Shown here piece after piece: positions 23,649 to 38,198 of a DNA stretch of 64,000 bases; position 1 is the stretch's first letter; each line of letters begins with the position of its first letter. The stretch covers positions 229,648,001 through 229,712,000 of the forward strand of contig OZ024743.1 of the NCBI GenBank assembly GCA_964016885.1, read 5' to 3'. The notes under the pieces are model-generated. The model searched no databases. It had not been told where the DNA came from and saw only the letters and a list, made by a program, of their open reading frames with translations. This stretch comes from Eledone cirrhosa. Lineage: Eukaryota. Position numbers and translations under genes: made by a program.

Positions 23649-26600
23649 TTATACTTCTCTTAGGTCAGTGTTGTTGTTATTCCATTCATTCTTTCTGTTT
23701 AGCTTTGGTCTTCAAATTTCTATTTCACTGGCCTCTCTGATTTGCCTATCTGCTGGGTCATTTCTATGTTTAGATATTATTCTAATTTCTATGTTGTCTA
23801 TGTTACCGTCATGTTGTTGTCTAGCATGTTCGTATAGTACTGACCCGTTTTTTCGTCCTTTTAGTTCCACCCAGTGTTGGTCTATCCTTTCACCTATGCT
23901 ACGAGCTGTCTCACCTATGTATGTTGTTGTCATGTTTCTAGTTTTACAGTTTATCCGGGGGTTCACCTTACATATGATACATTTCCTATTGGTACAGTGG
24001 GTTTTCTTAAAAGGGTAGGTTTTGCTGATCAGGGATTTTATGGTGGTTCCTGGCTTTTCTACCACCTTTATTTTTAAGTGGGTCTTTCTCAGGGCCTTTC
24101 TACACTGGTTAGCTAATTTCCCTCCAGGGGTGGCGTCCACAAACATAACACTCTGGTATCTCTGGTTGTCGTACCATGATGTGGCTTTCCCTATCTTATG
24201 TCTAGCCCTATCTAAGCTATTCCATGATTTGCTCCTGTATAATGGGCAAATTCCTTTCATGTTCAGTTCTATGAGGGTCTTATACTTTTCCATGGCTCCT
24301 TCGTATACTCTGACTCTGTCTCTTTGGTTGTAGCCAGAGAACTGCATGCGGTTGATGAAGTGTTGGATGTGTCTTTACATTTCTGTTGGGTCGCACATGC
24401 GGGACACATTCTTCATCACTCGTACCAAATCTGCGATCAGAATATTAAACTTAGCACTACTGGACATTGCTGAGTTTTTGAGTATCAGGTATTTGGAGGC
24501 CATGGGTTTAGCATAGTGTGAGTGGAGAATTTGGGCTCTCTCGTCTATAGTGTTAATCCAGAGTTCTGTGTCTAATACAGGTAGTCTATTATTAGGGTGT
24601 TTGGAAGGGAAGTCGATAGTTACAGTTATACTCTGGTGTATGGAATTAGCTATCTGCTGGATGCTTTCCATCGTGCTACGTTCTAAATCAAACTTGTTAG
24701 TGCTCTCTAGTGGGGGTGTTCTTATAACTATATTGATATCGTCTACATAACGAGAGTACATGGTGAGGTCTATGGAGCTTTCATTAAGGAGATCTTTAAG
24801 TCTCCTTTCCCACAATACCATGAAAAGGTTGGCAACATCACCAGCTATGCTGACGCCGATGGCTGCTCCCTCATTTTGGGTGTAGATTTTCTCATTGAAC
24901 TTAAATATGTGGCCCCTTAGGGTAGTTTTGATACTAGCCCCTATTGCATGTGCGACCATTTTTCTTACCTGATCATTGTTTTGGGGGGTCCGTATAGCTT
25001 TGGTCCACCCAATCCACCTTCCCATAGGAGTCTTTTTTGCCATTGAGGTTATGGTGAGGGGTCTACCTCTTATAGGTCTACTAGGGCAGAAACATCTAAG
25101 GTCATGGCTGTCTAGGTAGTCAGTGTCGTAGGTAAGTCTAAGTAGGAGGCCCAGTTCGTCTGTGTCGACGTCGCAGAACTCCACCTCACTCTCAATGATC
25201 ATCTCCACACATCTTTTCACAGCAAAATCAATGTTAATGGATGGGTACAGTGACACCACATCCATGCTGCCTATTATGCAGTTGGATAGGCTCCTGTTTT
25301 TGTTGCACTCACTGATTCTGCTGAGGAGGTCCTCTGTACTGTCACATACATCTGGGGACATCTTGATTATGGGGCGTATAACCATCGAGAGGAAGTAGGA
25401 GATCCTGTAGTTGCTAGCTATATTAGCTCCGCATACGGGTCTTGTTGGTGGTCCTGTTGTCGGGTCGTCGACTGTCTTGTGGTCTTTGCGGAGCCCATAC
25501 AAGGGTGGTATGCCATTGTTAGACGCCTGGAAGTTGTTGGCAGTGCGTCTGCTTGGCTTTAGGATGTCAGTCCACATCATCATGTGAGCGTTGAGGATTT
25601 TTTCTCTCCCATCGTGTGTTTGTTGTGCAACTTCGCTCGTGTTGGTGATGTGGGATTGCATAGCCTCGATGTAGTTCGGCATGCTATCTATTGACATGCT
25701 ACCAGACTTATCTGTGGGTAGACACACTACCTCACCATCCCTTGTGCGCTGCTTGAGGCTAACCAATCCTTCTACAGGTTTCCTCCCAAGTTGTTGGGCC
25801 TCTGGTCTGCTCTGTCTCTTAGTATACCTGTCTACTATTTGTCTAATCTTATTTCTAGCTATGGTGAACTGTGCCTCTGTCTCGTCATCTATCTGTTGTG
25901 GTATGCAAACTCTTTTATTAAAGGGTAATCTCGTAGGATAGATATTACCCATCTTATATGTTTTGTCAGCTGGGTTGAAAAATAGTTTCTCTAAGGGGTT
26001 GTCATTATATCTATCGTCATAGTTGTGTGTGTTGCTATTGTTGTTATCAGGGTGGTTGTTGTTGTTTCTATCATTAGCATTATTATTATTGTTATGATTG
26101 CTAGATGTATTGTTGTTTACTTCACCGTTATTGTTGTTGTTGTTACTGTTATTTCTACCATTGTGGTTGTTACTTTTATTATGTTTCTTGTTTTTGTTGT
26201 GTCTATCATTGATGTTGCTACATGTACTATTTCCATTATTACCACTGTGGTTATTGTTGTTGTTGTTCGTATTGTTACCGTTATTACTACTGTGGTCGCT
26301 GTTGCTGTGTCTGTGGTTAATGTTTCTATTATTATTATTATTGTGGTTGTTGTTGTTCTGTTTATCGCTAGTATTATTACCATTATCACTATTTCTCACT
26401 TTCCTGCTATTGTTATGGTTATGGCTGTTATTTCTATACCCACAGTTATTGTTTATATTACTACTACCGTTATTATTGTTGTTGTTGTTTACCTTTGCAT
26501 TCCAACGTATTTTTGTGAAACACTTTTCCAGCTTCGTTTTGCACTCCATAGGGTTAATCTTTTTGTAGATGGCAAATTTTGGTGGTAACTGTAGGATTTG

Positions 26601-27230
26601 TTGTTCTTGTTCACTGATTAAAGTGTTCCCATAGATATTTACTGTGTGGTCATTGGTAAATTCTTCCGGTAGTTTTACATCAGTCATACAGATATTGTCG
26701 ATGTTATCTGGGTATTTTTGAGAATATTCGATTTTCCTTTCTTGTAGTTTTTTCTTGTTCATCCATTCTAATTTCTTCTTGAAATGCCTATTGCATTCGT
26801 TTCGAGCGTATTTCGTTTCACGTCGGATGGCGCTCATGAAGTTATCTCTCTCGTTTGCTGTGATGAGATTTCGGATTTCCTTACCGTTAATGCGTTTCTG
26901 TCTGTAGAGTGCGTTGACTTTTGTGTATGTTGTTCTTTTCATATTAACTGTTATTGTGTGTTTTAGTCGTTCGGCTTGTGTTTTGTTCAATAATAAATTA
27001 TTTACTTGTTTTGATATGTTTGTTGTGTATGTTTTGGAGGAAACACAGTGTTTTAAGAAGCGGATTTGTTCTGTTGTTATTGTAGTGTTTATATAACAGA
27101 AAACAGTGTCTTTCAATAACCTTTCAGCTTGGCACAAGCTAATGCCGTAGCGGCGATGAATTAGTTTTGCGAGGTTTTTTATATGAAATCGTGTGTCGAA
27201 ACAAATATTGTTATACTTGGGGAGGGTCAT
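23649..27230 (-). pseudogene. PLE polyprotein (RT + Cys-rich linker + GIY-YIG) in one frame with in-frame TAA (24375) and TGA (23712)
   Basis: TDKSG, RPVCG, SMDVVSLYPS, GAAIG, RYVDD, LPVLD, HYAKPM; CTNRKCIIC; YIGETARS, REA, LNRKNEW after the TGA; first GIY strand appears deleted. Confidence 0.88.
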
Positions 27231-27506
27231 ATTTGTGTAATATTGCCAGAATTAATAACAGAACACACTCACTGTTTGGTTGGTTTTCGCTTCTCGCTGT
27301 CTTTTATATCGGTAATCTAACTTACTCGGTCCTCAATGTTGCCATTGACTGACCGACGGTCAAAAATAATACAGATACAATATAGACACAAACACATATA
27401 TATAGTTTATCATAAATCTTTCGTTGCGAGAAGCGAAAACCAACCAAACAGTGAGTGTGTTCTGTTATTAATTCTGGCAATATTACACAAATATGACCCT
27501 CCCCAA

Positions 27507-27596
<90 letters not shown>

Positions 27597-28012
27597 ACAT
27601 AAACATGTGCATATATATGTGTGGTTGTGTGTGTGTGTGTCTGCGTACATTTGTATGTGTGTGCTGTGGTTTACATACGGTTCTTTCTCTTTCCCATCCC
27701 TACCTAACACGCATTCTCTTTTGTTCTAAATGTTTCGCTTTCTCGTTTTTAAACCATGTTTAACTCTTCATTCTTTCTGCTTCCCCCGTTCTCTCTCTCC
27801 CCATCATCTGTCTGTCTGTCTGGCTCTCTGTCGGCCTCACTCTCTCCTGCAAGCAGACAAATTCAGTTCACATTCAGTTATACACGTAGACACACATTGA
27901 TGTACACCTCATATATACATATACAAGCAATCAAACAAATATTCAAGCATACATACAAACATTCATCTATGCCTGCATAAATATATACGTATAAGTATCT
28001 CTCTCTCTCTCC

Positions 28013-28075
<63 letters not shown>

Positions 28076-28146
28076 CACTTGGATATACAAGTTTCCATTC
28101 ATCCACACATTGATACAAAATACGTACTAAATACAAACACACACAC

Positions 28147-28255
<109 letters not shown>

Positions 28256-28590
28256 CCAGCACACATATGCATTCGCTGTGTTTATATCTAGATGCATATC
28301 AGAATTGTTCGGACCAGATGTTCATATTTTGACTTGGCTCTATTGTCCAGCGATTGGATGAAGAGCTAAATGGTGAGATGGTAAGATGGTAAAATGGTTT
28401 GTTTGGTGTTAAGCTGGACGGTGTATGAATAGACGGACAGTGCAAGGGAAAAGGGAGATGTAGGCAATGAGAAGAATTAGTGAATGGACTCCCATCGTTC
28501 TTATATGTTGGCTAGCTCCGAACTCGTGTGTAGAGGAAACACGCATACACGTGTAAAACAATGAGGGAGGGTTGAATTGGTATATGTATA

Positions 28591-28662
28591 TATGTATGTT
28601 TATGGTTATTTAGGTCCCAATATATATATATATTGGGACTTAAATAACCATAAACATACATA
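28591..28662. repeat. Palindrome with ~30-bp arms centred on (TA)n
   Basis: tatgtatgtttatggttatttaggtcccaa-(TA)n-ttgggacttaaataaccataaacatacata. Confidence 0.85.
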
Positions 28663-28664
28663 CA

Positions 28665-28756
<92 letters not shown>

Positions 28757-30238
28757 CATATATATATGTACGGGTGACGACAGTTTAAAAAGGTACTCAA
28801 TACGTTGGTAGAGTATAGACATTATCATTTCATAGACCGCATCCATTAGTCTTGCGAGATCATGATGTTGTACCCGGAATCTTTTGTCAGGAATGTCATA
28901 TTGTCTAAAGCGGCTTCTGATCTGACATCTACACACACAATAGTGACAACATTTCAAGGCAATGTGTAATATTGATGTCAAAATATTGTGTTTTTCTTCT
29001 ATGTGCTTTTTACCAATGGAAATTCTGAATGTTGTGCTTCTTGTGACAATGAATAATTTGCCAATGATTTTACTCTGTCTGTCTTCCATGGCAAGCATTG
29101 AATGGTATGTAGCTGGTTGTTTGAAATGCGGTGATTTTCCGGAATAGAATTCACATGAATCCTGCACTCATATTTCTATTTACTTGCCTTTGTCTTTGAT
29201 GGTTTGCCTTTTATGGTTTTTCGTGGAATTGATTGTGGTTTGGAACGTTCTCTAAGACTGTCATCAGAGTTTTTCAATCCAATCCTGAATGCTGGAATTT
29301 TATCTAGTATTGAGTAGATAAGGCTACGTTGTCTACTTTATGCCCTGATTTCCCAATATACTAATTAGGGTGGTGTACTACAGATCCCAGTGATAAAACA
29401 GGCAGTTGTACTCGTGTAGGTGGGAACACAAGCCACTACTTAAAGAATTTATTTATTCGCTGATGTATTCATTTCACCACGAGTAAAACTTAGCAAAACC
29501 TTACTTCAGATATGCAATCCTGATTAAGTACGTTTTAGAGACCCCCTTTTACACACACACACACACACACACGTAACACAAAGTTTACACAAATGATCCA
29601 GCTAAGGTGTCTCAGAGTTACTATTTGAGTGTCTAGAAATAGCACACAGATCTACCTCAAATCATCACCAGACGTCTTGGGAAATGAAATGACACATTAA
29701 ATAATATTAACATAGAAGAAGGTTGTCGTGGCTGGAATGTATTTCAACATTGATTTTCCCGTTCGGTTCTAACCTCAGGCTACATAACAATAGAAACTTC
29801 AACAATAACAATTACAACAGATGTACACACAAACACACATTCATATCTACATAAACACACATATATCTGCACAAACACACACATATCTCTATACAGACAC
29901 ATATATCTACACATATACACATGTTTAGAAATTCTGGGATACCCCCAAAATACACACAAACATATACACACAAAACTCATACCCTTTTCTATGTAGGCAA
30001 CACACTCTCTTATGCTGAAAACGACACATTTCATACACACATAGATATGCATATACTAAAATTTTCATACGTATACTTATAAATACACACAATAAGCATA
30101 TAAATGAAAATGCGCCGTCGTGCTCATAATGAGAGCACCGGAAACGGAAGTAGTGTTTGAATTGTGGGCGAGTCCAGCCATGATAGTCAGATAGTTGGTG
30201 GGGTCAAATTTGGATATAGGTGATGACTGAGTGGACAC

Positions 30239-30296
<58 letters not shown>

Positions 30297-31139
30297 TAAT
30301 ATTACAGTAATAATGACATTAATAATATGGCCGAAGCACCAATTGTATGTGTGTAGGTAAGCATGTGGTGATGTTGAGATGTAATAGTGGTGGGGTGTTA
30401 TTTTGGCGTGGTTGGGATGTGGGTAGACCTGGAATTGGCAGGGAGTTTTAAATATCTGGTCAATGGAATTAGCAGTGGCGGTGGTGTTTGTGTGTGTGTG
30501 TGTAATGATTGGGAGGGATTAGGGCTGGTTTGAACAGCATGCACGACTGCTAAATCTACACTGCATGACCATTACAGAATAGAAATGCCGCCGCCACCAA
30601 TATCCCCACCCATGTCATTGGTTGTTTAACGTTTGCTCGACTGTTCTCACACTCCATTTGCTTTTTCACTAATATTAGGTACATATTGATGTAATTATAC
30701 GGATTGGTGGAGCATCTGACAAAATGATGTTCTGTATTTAACTGTGTCTCTTCACGTTCTGATTTCGAATCTCGCAAAAGTCAAGTTGTTTTTCCTTTCA
30801 TTTTTTGGCATTGGCAGATCGGTAGGTTCTCCGATAATTTATAGATAGCAAATCGGTCAAAAAGCTGGCTCTAATTCCATGAAAGAAAATCGCCTATTTT
30901 AAAAAGATCCTATTTAAAGTCAAAATGTTCAACATAACTTTATAAACGGATCGAAAGTTAACTTACTTTCTTCGTAATGAAATAACTAATCAATTTGAGA
31001 AATCCCTAAAAATTCTTCATTAATTAAATAAAATACAGTCAGCCCACTTCATCCAAGATATGGTTATGAAAGTGTTAAATGCCTTGGTATTTGTTCCGGT
31101 TCTTTGCGTTGTGAGTTCAAATCCTGCCTAGCTCATCAT

Positions 31140-31760
31140 TTCCAGAACGAAAAATGAAGTACATGTTCAGGAGCGTTGGAGTGGTAGAATCGATAAAGAA
31201 TGATGACCCGTAGCAATACGCCACACGAAAGGCGAATTTGGTCTGGGATCTTTTCAATCTTCTCTGGTTTGATCTGAAGCAGTATCTCCAGACTGATCCC
31301 AGACCTATTCTTCTCCCAGGTCCACTTTACCTCCCTAATGGTTTCGCTTCTTCTAGGACGTTGCATGCTAGATTTCAGCTGATGTCGGGATTCTAGCAAT
31401 GCGGATATTTAGTGCCCTTCTTTCCATGTGAGAGGGAAAGAAAATAGATTGGTCCGTTTTGCAGAGGTTCACAGAGTACATCTTTGCAAGGGCCTCACTG
31501 TTGAAGAGCACCAAAATACTCCCAAACTGCTTAATCCTTACCATTTGTTGGATGACTGGCTTCAAGACATTCAGAGCTGCCTCCACGTGGAATGGTAGTG
31601 CCAGCTCCGAAATTTTGGACTTGATATTAATATAGGTGAGACATTTTCTCTCTATTGCTGCCAAAGGTTGGTGGTTCTGTTGTGCTTGGTGTTTTTGTTG
31701 ACGGTGGCACTGACTGGAAAAAGCGTTGGGTGTTCCCTCCATTTTTTAAACGCCTATAGG
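31140..31760 (-). pseudogene. Old Tx1-like ORF1 fragment
   Basis: TYINIKSK..QFGSILVLFNSEALA..IRIARIP and SGISLEILLQ..IEKIPDQIRL resemble copy-1 ORF1 (TINVKS, KYGTVDVFF, SGSGMELLIQ..IEEIPEVIDL). Confidence 0.65.
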
Positions 31761-34700
31761 TCTGAAAATTAAGAAAAAAAGTTCAACTATTTCGGCCAAA
31801 TCACAAATATTATGGGGTCACCTTTTCTGTTGACAATATATGACGCCCTTCTAACAGATTGTAACAAACATTTTAACAATCAACAAAACTTGCGTGAGAT
31901 GGGTTATACCTCTCGAGAGACTCAACAACAAAGATATTCCTGGCATCATACACTACACGCTATTCACTTCCAGGCAAATGTCGGGGGATTACCAGTAGTG
32001 CATTTTCGAATTGTTGGAAGTAGTGCTATGCTGGAGATGGTAGAATCTATTGCCTATCTCAATGGCCTGCTGCAATATTCGACAGAAGAAAGTGATGTGT
32101 TGCAACAAGCCTCTAACAGTAGCTGAGATGCATTCGGTGTTGAGTAGTGGATACATTGCTTAGTGTGGAAGGACGGCCATACCGGTTTTACGGATACCTG
32201 ACAAACTTGTTTAAATCTCTCTTGTATTACAACCAATATTGCTATTTTTTTATGGTTAAACATGCTTAATTAGAAGCAATGGTGCACCATTATTTTGTTA
32301 AAGGGCACAAAAAACGAACTAAGACAAACAATTTAAAACATTTGGTAAACATTTAAAATAGATTTTAAAATTGCAAAATAGTTATACTTACCTTATATTT
32401 AATTAAGTTTATCTTTCAAACATGGATTTTTTTCCTCTGGAGTCTGTGTACAGGCATCATCTGACATAATAAAATATTTCTTGAATTCTAAAATTTGGAA
32501 TGATCTGGAAGTTACTGCTAAATTTATCAATTCCTAACTTAATGCAATGTTCACGTATTCAATTTTCTGCTGTTCAATTTTCTCAAACTGAACAGAAAGT
32601 TGGTTTTGGGGCCTACAGAAACCGACTCGATTAAGTGTTACCCTGTTATGAGTATCATTGAACAAAGGGAATCTATAAGATATTGTAGGGCACACAATAA
32701 CTTAGTCGGATCATGTAATTAATTCTAAAATATGGATTTTAAGAAGAATTTGCTTCAAATAGATAGAAAAATACAAAGTTATTCTTACAGAATACGTATT
32801 TTCAGTGTTAACTTTACAAGTTCGTTCACATCTTATAACATTTTACAAAATTCTGATAGTTTATTATAACACATCATACATTCACTCTATATACACCCCT
32901 CTTTACACAAGACGGGTTTAACACATTATTGGAGCAACATTAATACTACTGTTACTTTTTCTCTTTTTCTTTAAATTTCCTCTCACTCAATGTAACCCTC
33001 ATCTAATTGTAGGTGGAGCATCAATACAAATATATGCCGGCTTCCTCGTTGGTGAAGAGTACTTCGATAGTTAATTTGGTTTAATGGAGTGTGTGCAGCT
33101 GTTCGAGACTGAAGTATTTGTTGAAACAAAGTCTATGGCACTGTTGTTTATATAAGGCGACGCCAAAGATAAATTTTCAGATATTGTCACAAATGACGTT
33201 TGTAGTGATATTTGATGTTATACCTGTGTGTTTAAGTAACTATAGTCGTTCGAATAACCACTCCCATGGGTACAGGAATGGAATGTAATGGACACCAAAC
33301 GGTTTCAACGATGAGTATTCCAGCAGTTCGGTCAACAGATCACCCTGCCTGAGAGTTTCACAAGCAAGTGGTTGAGTAGTCCATCAGAAATACAGCATGA
33401 CGGCATGACCGCGCACCCAGTTTTACTCACATTTCTTTGGTCAACCCAAAGCTACGATAAATCACACTCGACCAAGATGCCTCGCTGTGGAATCGAACAT
33501 GTGATGTTATAATTGTAAAGATTTGTCCACACATGGTTAATTGCGACATAAAGGAGTTAAAAGGGATTTTAGAGTAAATTGAAACTGAATTGCAGACTCT
33601 TTTGATCGGAGATCTTACGTCCTTATCTACGCGGAACTGTAATCTGTTCTGTAATGAATATATATAGTTTTGTTGGTCTCGTGTTTGGTATTTCATGCAG
33701 ACAATAGAGGTAAACAAAAACGAGAAACAGATATATAGATAGATAAACTGAGTGGAGATAAAGAGGGAAAGTTATGCAAGCATGTAAGCGTGTCTGTGTA
33801 AATATTTGTGTGTGCATGTGTAAAGAGAGTGAAATAGATAATTGGAGTAGAAGTAGTGGATATTGGTTAGGCATGGAGGTAATTCTCTGCCATCACTAAT
33901 GAGTCATTCGGCCACTGACCATAGCAAAATGACCCCTTCCCTCTCTTACTAATCTATTTCTATTTTTCTCACTTTATACCCCACCCACCATCATTTTTAT
34001 CATATCATTCGCTCACGCTATTTATTTACTTTTTATTATTATTTAGCAATGTTGATGTTGATGTTGATGTTGCATATAACCTTCATTCACTTTGTTCTAC
34101 GTCCACTCACTCTTTTCCTACAATCCGTGTGTCCGGTTCAGTCTGGTCCGTTTCATCTAGGAAAACCAACACAAATACCCTCTCCCGCCTTTCTTCAAAC
34201 CACTTCTCCCCTTTCCAACAACACACATACATACATCATCTTCGTTCGATTCCAGCCATTGCCACAGCCGCTACCGTCGTTACCACCTCTACTGCAAACA
34301 CTTCCTTCTTATCTACGAATACTCCACACCCACTTACTCACCCATCTTACAGACCAATATCATATCTCTTTGATGTCATATCTTGCACTGCTCTCCATTT
34401 TTCCTACCGCCCTGCTACCCACCATGTCCAACCACCGTCACAGAACGCCAAGACTGACCAGTAATTCTGAAACAATTCTGGCAGAAGAATCCGTCATTTG
34501 TTAGTAAACACTATCGCCGTTATTTTGTCCCATGCAATTTATTTCTTCAACATCATTTTGTTGTTATTGTTGTTGTTGTCGTTGTTCTTATTGTCCTTGT
34601 TATTGTTGCTACTATTTTCTTTGCTACTGTTATTGTTGTTGTTGTTGATATCGCGGTCATCTTTATTGTTATCATTATAGTGCTAGTCGTCTATATAATT

Positions 34701-35029
34701 ATGGTGGTCTATGGTAGTCTCATTGGCTAGCGTATACAGACGAATGCAAATGACCACTTAGCTACCCACCCACCGTTTGACTTACCTACCTACCTATCTA
34801 CTTGCCTCCACTCTCTCTCTCTCTCTCTCTCCATCTCTCTCTCTCTCTCCTTATCCCTCTCTCTCCCTCCCTCTCTCTCCCGTGCTCTCTCTCTCATTAT
34901 CTATCTAATTATCGAACTACCAAGTTTATTTTTGAACATTCCCTCTAATATATATGTATATTTTTGTGTGTTGAACCTCGGTCAGTTAAAACGGTGCATG
35001 TTCTACTTGTATGACCAAGGGAGCAGCTT

Positions 35030-35295
35030 GCTAATGAAGTTAACCTGCAAGTAGCTGGCACATGTACACTTAACGTACTTTTAACATTAAAACATGTACC
35101 CTTAACGTAATTCTCAGGGAGACTCAGCGTGAGAATGTTGGCCCTTTGAAATACAGGTACAAGTCAGTTTTCCCTCTTTGCGAACTTGAACAATGTGGAA
35201 TAAAATATCTTGCTCAAGGACACAAAGCGCCGCCAGGAACCGAACTCATGATTTTATAATGGTGAACCGAACAAGTTAACCACTAAGACATGCGT
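35030..35295 (-). repeat. Degenerate tRNA-derived SINE (second family); relatives at 61470-61550 and 63140-63275 (+)
   Basis: A-box-like AGTGGTTAA and B-box-like GAGTTCGGTTCC on the minus strand. Confidence 0.5.
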
Positions 35296-36709
35296 AGTCG
35301 AAGTACCTCCAGTACACTGTAGCATATTCCTCCAATTTTAGAACTTGATTTCACACGCTTGATCAGCAGAAAAAAGAATGAAGCTGTTTCCTGTCAAATA
35401 TTTTTAATGCTACCATTAGGAGTTGTAGGAATTTTTAAAAAATACCGATTTAGTAGAAGTATCATCAGCCCAACTAAACTTTGCTGATCTTGCAAGAATG
35501 ATATATGGGCAATTATGCAGCATTCCATAGAGCATATTATTGTATGAATTATATATACAAAAATATTTCTAGTCTTGCGTTAAAAGGTTGCCAAACTCAT
35601 GTTCTCTCTAGAGTTTTATAAACCTCAAATTGTTTGAAACTATTGCGTAATTTCCATACATAATAATATCCAACTTTATGATTTATTCTACATGCTGACG
35701 AGAAACTACAAAGTGATAGAACTCACCATATCTCAGTAAAATCACATCTAGGTCTAAATCGCGGTACTTCTGTTATCAAAACCGTGTATGTACTGTATTT
35801 CTTTATACATAATGCAACCCATTTTTCTGAAATTAAAATACGAAAAACTTCCACCTTTATGTAAAATAAGATCCTAGAATATAACCATGTCTATGTAAAA
35901 TTGTATATATATTATCCATCAAAGTCTCAATCTGATATATATAACTCTAATATACAGTTTCTCACGTCATTAAAGAATGTAAAACAACCAGATGATAAAT
36001 GTTTTCTAAACAATTGTTAATTTAATCTGTCAGTAATTGATCAGTGCCAATAAATGTTCAATCTATCGTGTATAATTAGCAACACGCATTTCAAAATAGC
36101 TTTATCAGCTGCAGGGCAAACTTTTCTTTTGTCTATATTCATTTGTCTCATACATTCGTTACCATATATCGAAGGAAAGACTATGATGATTATTTTTCAA
36201 AAAAATCTTTTAAATTATCAAAAATTTAAAGACGTTTTTTGTATATATAAGTAAGTTACTCATATTATAGCTGATGTTTGGGGCATATTAAATAAGCTTC
36301 GTATATAAAATTGTGACGGAAGGATTTTAGAGAAGTAAAAACATTTTAAAACACACTGCTGGTAGTTTGCTATTAAACGAGTTAAGAATTATTTCCTCAC
36401 AAGGCTAGAAATAAAATGAAATTATAATGATTTCGAAAATGTTCTCAGACAGGTATATATGTGAGGATATATATGATATATATTTATATGATATATATCA
36501 GTGCCATTTATGTACGTGTATGTATGTATTTAGGCGTGCATGAATATGTATGTATGTGTATTAATGTATGTAAGCATCTATATTTGTATTAATGTGTGAA
36601 TATAGAGGTTTGTTGACGTATAAAAGTGCACTGTTTAATTGTAAGGCCATTCTATGTCATCATATACAATTGTATACGTACATATGTCTATAGATGTATA
36701 GATTCGCAC

Positions 36710-36763
<54 letters not shown>

Positions 36764-36933
36764 CATGGTTACTACATGAATATGTGTGCTAGCACATCTT
36801 GTTCGTCCGTGCATTGATGTGTATTTGTGAACGTGTTTGCCTTCTCTGGACACGGACACATACATATATATATATATACTACACAGTCAAATGTACATTA
36901 CACATAGATACATAAGACCCCCCCCCACACACG

Positions 36934-36969
<36 letters not shown>

Positions 36970-37361
36970 TGTGTGTGTGTGTTTGTATATATATATATAC
37001 ATATGAATGTTTGCGCGCGCGCACGTGTGTGTGTGTGTGTGTATGTGTGTGTGTGTGAGTGCGCGTGTGTGTATGTTTGTATGTGTGTGTTTCTGAATGG
37101 AACTCAATTAAATCAACAGTTGGTAAGACCTACGAATGCTGAAAACAGAATTATAGCTGCCATAAATAACAGCAGAGGCAGGAAACTTCCAGAAAGAATC
37201 ATGTGTGAGAAGGACGTGACATCAGCGTCTATCTTCCAGAGAGACACATAATATAGTGTTGTGTGTTAGACAACGTATATTGAAAAGATGGTGTAGTACT
37301 GTTGGTCGTCCTTGTGCTGGGGTTAACGGACTTTCACAGAACTCCAAAAGTAATTAAACAT

Positions 37362-37429
<68 letters not shown>

Positions 37430-37431
<2 letters not shown>

Positions 37432-37639
37432 AGAAATGTCAACATGAATGGACCTGTTATTTTTATCTAAAGACATTTTTTCCAATTTCAACCCGCCCGT
37501 CCCCTCAATCTATATTATTTCTCATTCTTTGTTCTCATGAAGGACTCGCGTCCGAAACGTTAAGACCCTCTTCCTGCTATATCAAGCGTTAACCCTTCCA
37601 TATACTGTACCGATTGTGTTATTATTTCTGTTTACCTTT

Positions 37640-37642
<3 letters not shown>
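37430..37642 (+). mobile_element. PLE terminal-repeat fragment with an inactivated minimal hammerhead (37531-37566)
   Basis: CTCATGA-AGGAC-TCGC-GTCC-GAAACGTT; flanked by (TA)n. Confidence 0.55.
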
Positions 37643-37690
<48 letters not shown>

Positions 37691-37696
<6 letters not shown>

Positions 37697-38198
37697 ATAC
37701 TTGGGGAGGGTCATATTTGCGTAATATTGCCAGAATTAATAACAGAACACACTCACTGTTTGGTTGGTTTTCGCTTCTCGCTGTCTTTTATTATATCTGC
37801 GATCTAACTTACTCGGTCCTCAATGTTGCCATTGACTGACCGGCGGTCAAAAATAATACAGATACAATATAGACACAAACACATATATATATATATAGTT
37901 TACATAATTTACGTAAATCTTTCGTTGCAACGAAAGATTTATGTAAATTATGTAAACTATATATATGTGTTTGTGTCTATATTGTATCTGTATTATTTTT
38001 GACCGCCGGTCAGTCAATGGCAACATTGAGGACCGAGTAAGTTAGATCGCAGATATAATAAAAGACAGCGAGAAGCGAAAACCAACCAAACAGTGAGTGT
38101 GTTCTGTTATTAATTCTGGCAATATTACGCAAATATGACCCTCCCCAAGTATAACAATATCTGTTTCGACACACGATTTCATATAAAAAACCTCGCAA

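Larger units (their letters stand above)
23316..27510 (-). mobile_element. Penelope-like element (probably Naiad-like), near full length, with terminal repeats and 5' inverted segment, in (TA)n
   Basis: RT + GIY-YIG coding; 23329-23397 repeats 27361-27427; 27212-27296 is inverted at 27426-27510; TA tracts on both sides. Confidence 0.9.

Noticed and set aside
23712-23714. In-frame TGA in the PLE endonuclease as selenocysteine (some Naiad PLEs encode selenoproteins)
   Set aside because: Not at an evident conserved Cys position, no SECIS-like hairpin seen in the 3' UTR, and the same copy has a TAA stop and a deletion, so decay is more likely
27216-27325. GT-AG intron linking an upstream ATG to the PLE ORF
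   Set aside because: A GTAAGT donor is present, but the obvious acceptor gives an out-of-frame product
28770-29450. 175-aa ORF at 28640-29167 as a gene
   Set aside because: Runs into a microsatellite and has no recognisable domain; probably a decayed retroelement fragment that I cannot classify
31950-32270. Tc1/mariner transposase remnant (also 52420-52570)
   Set aside because: Only faint motif resemblance (EGRPY, WYKEFQDG) and no terminal inverted repeats identified
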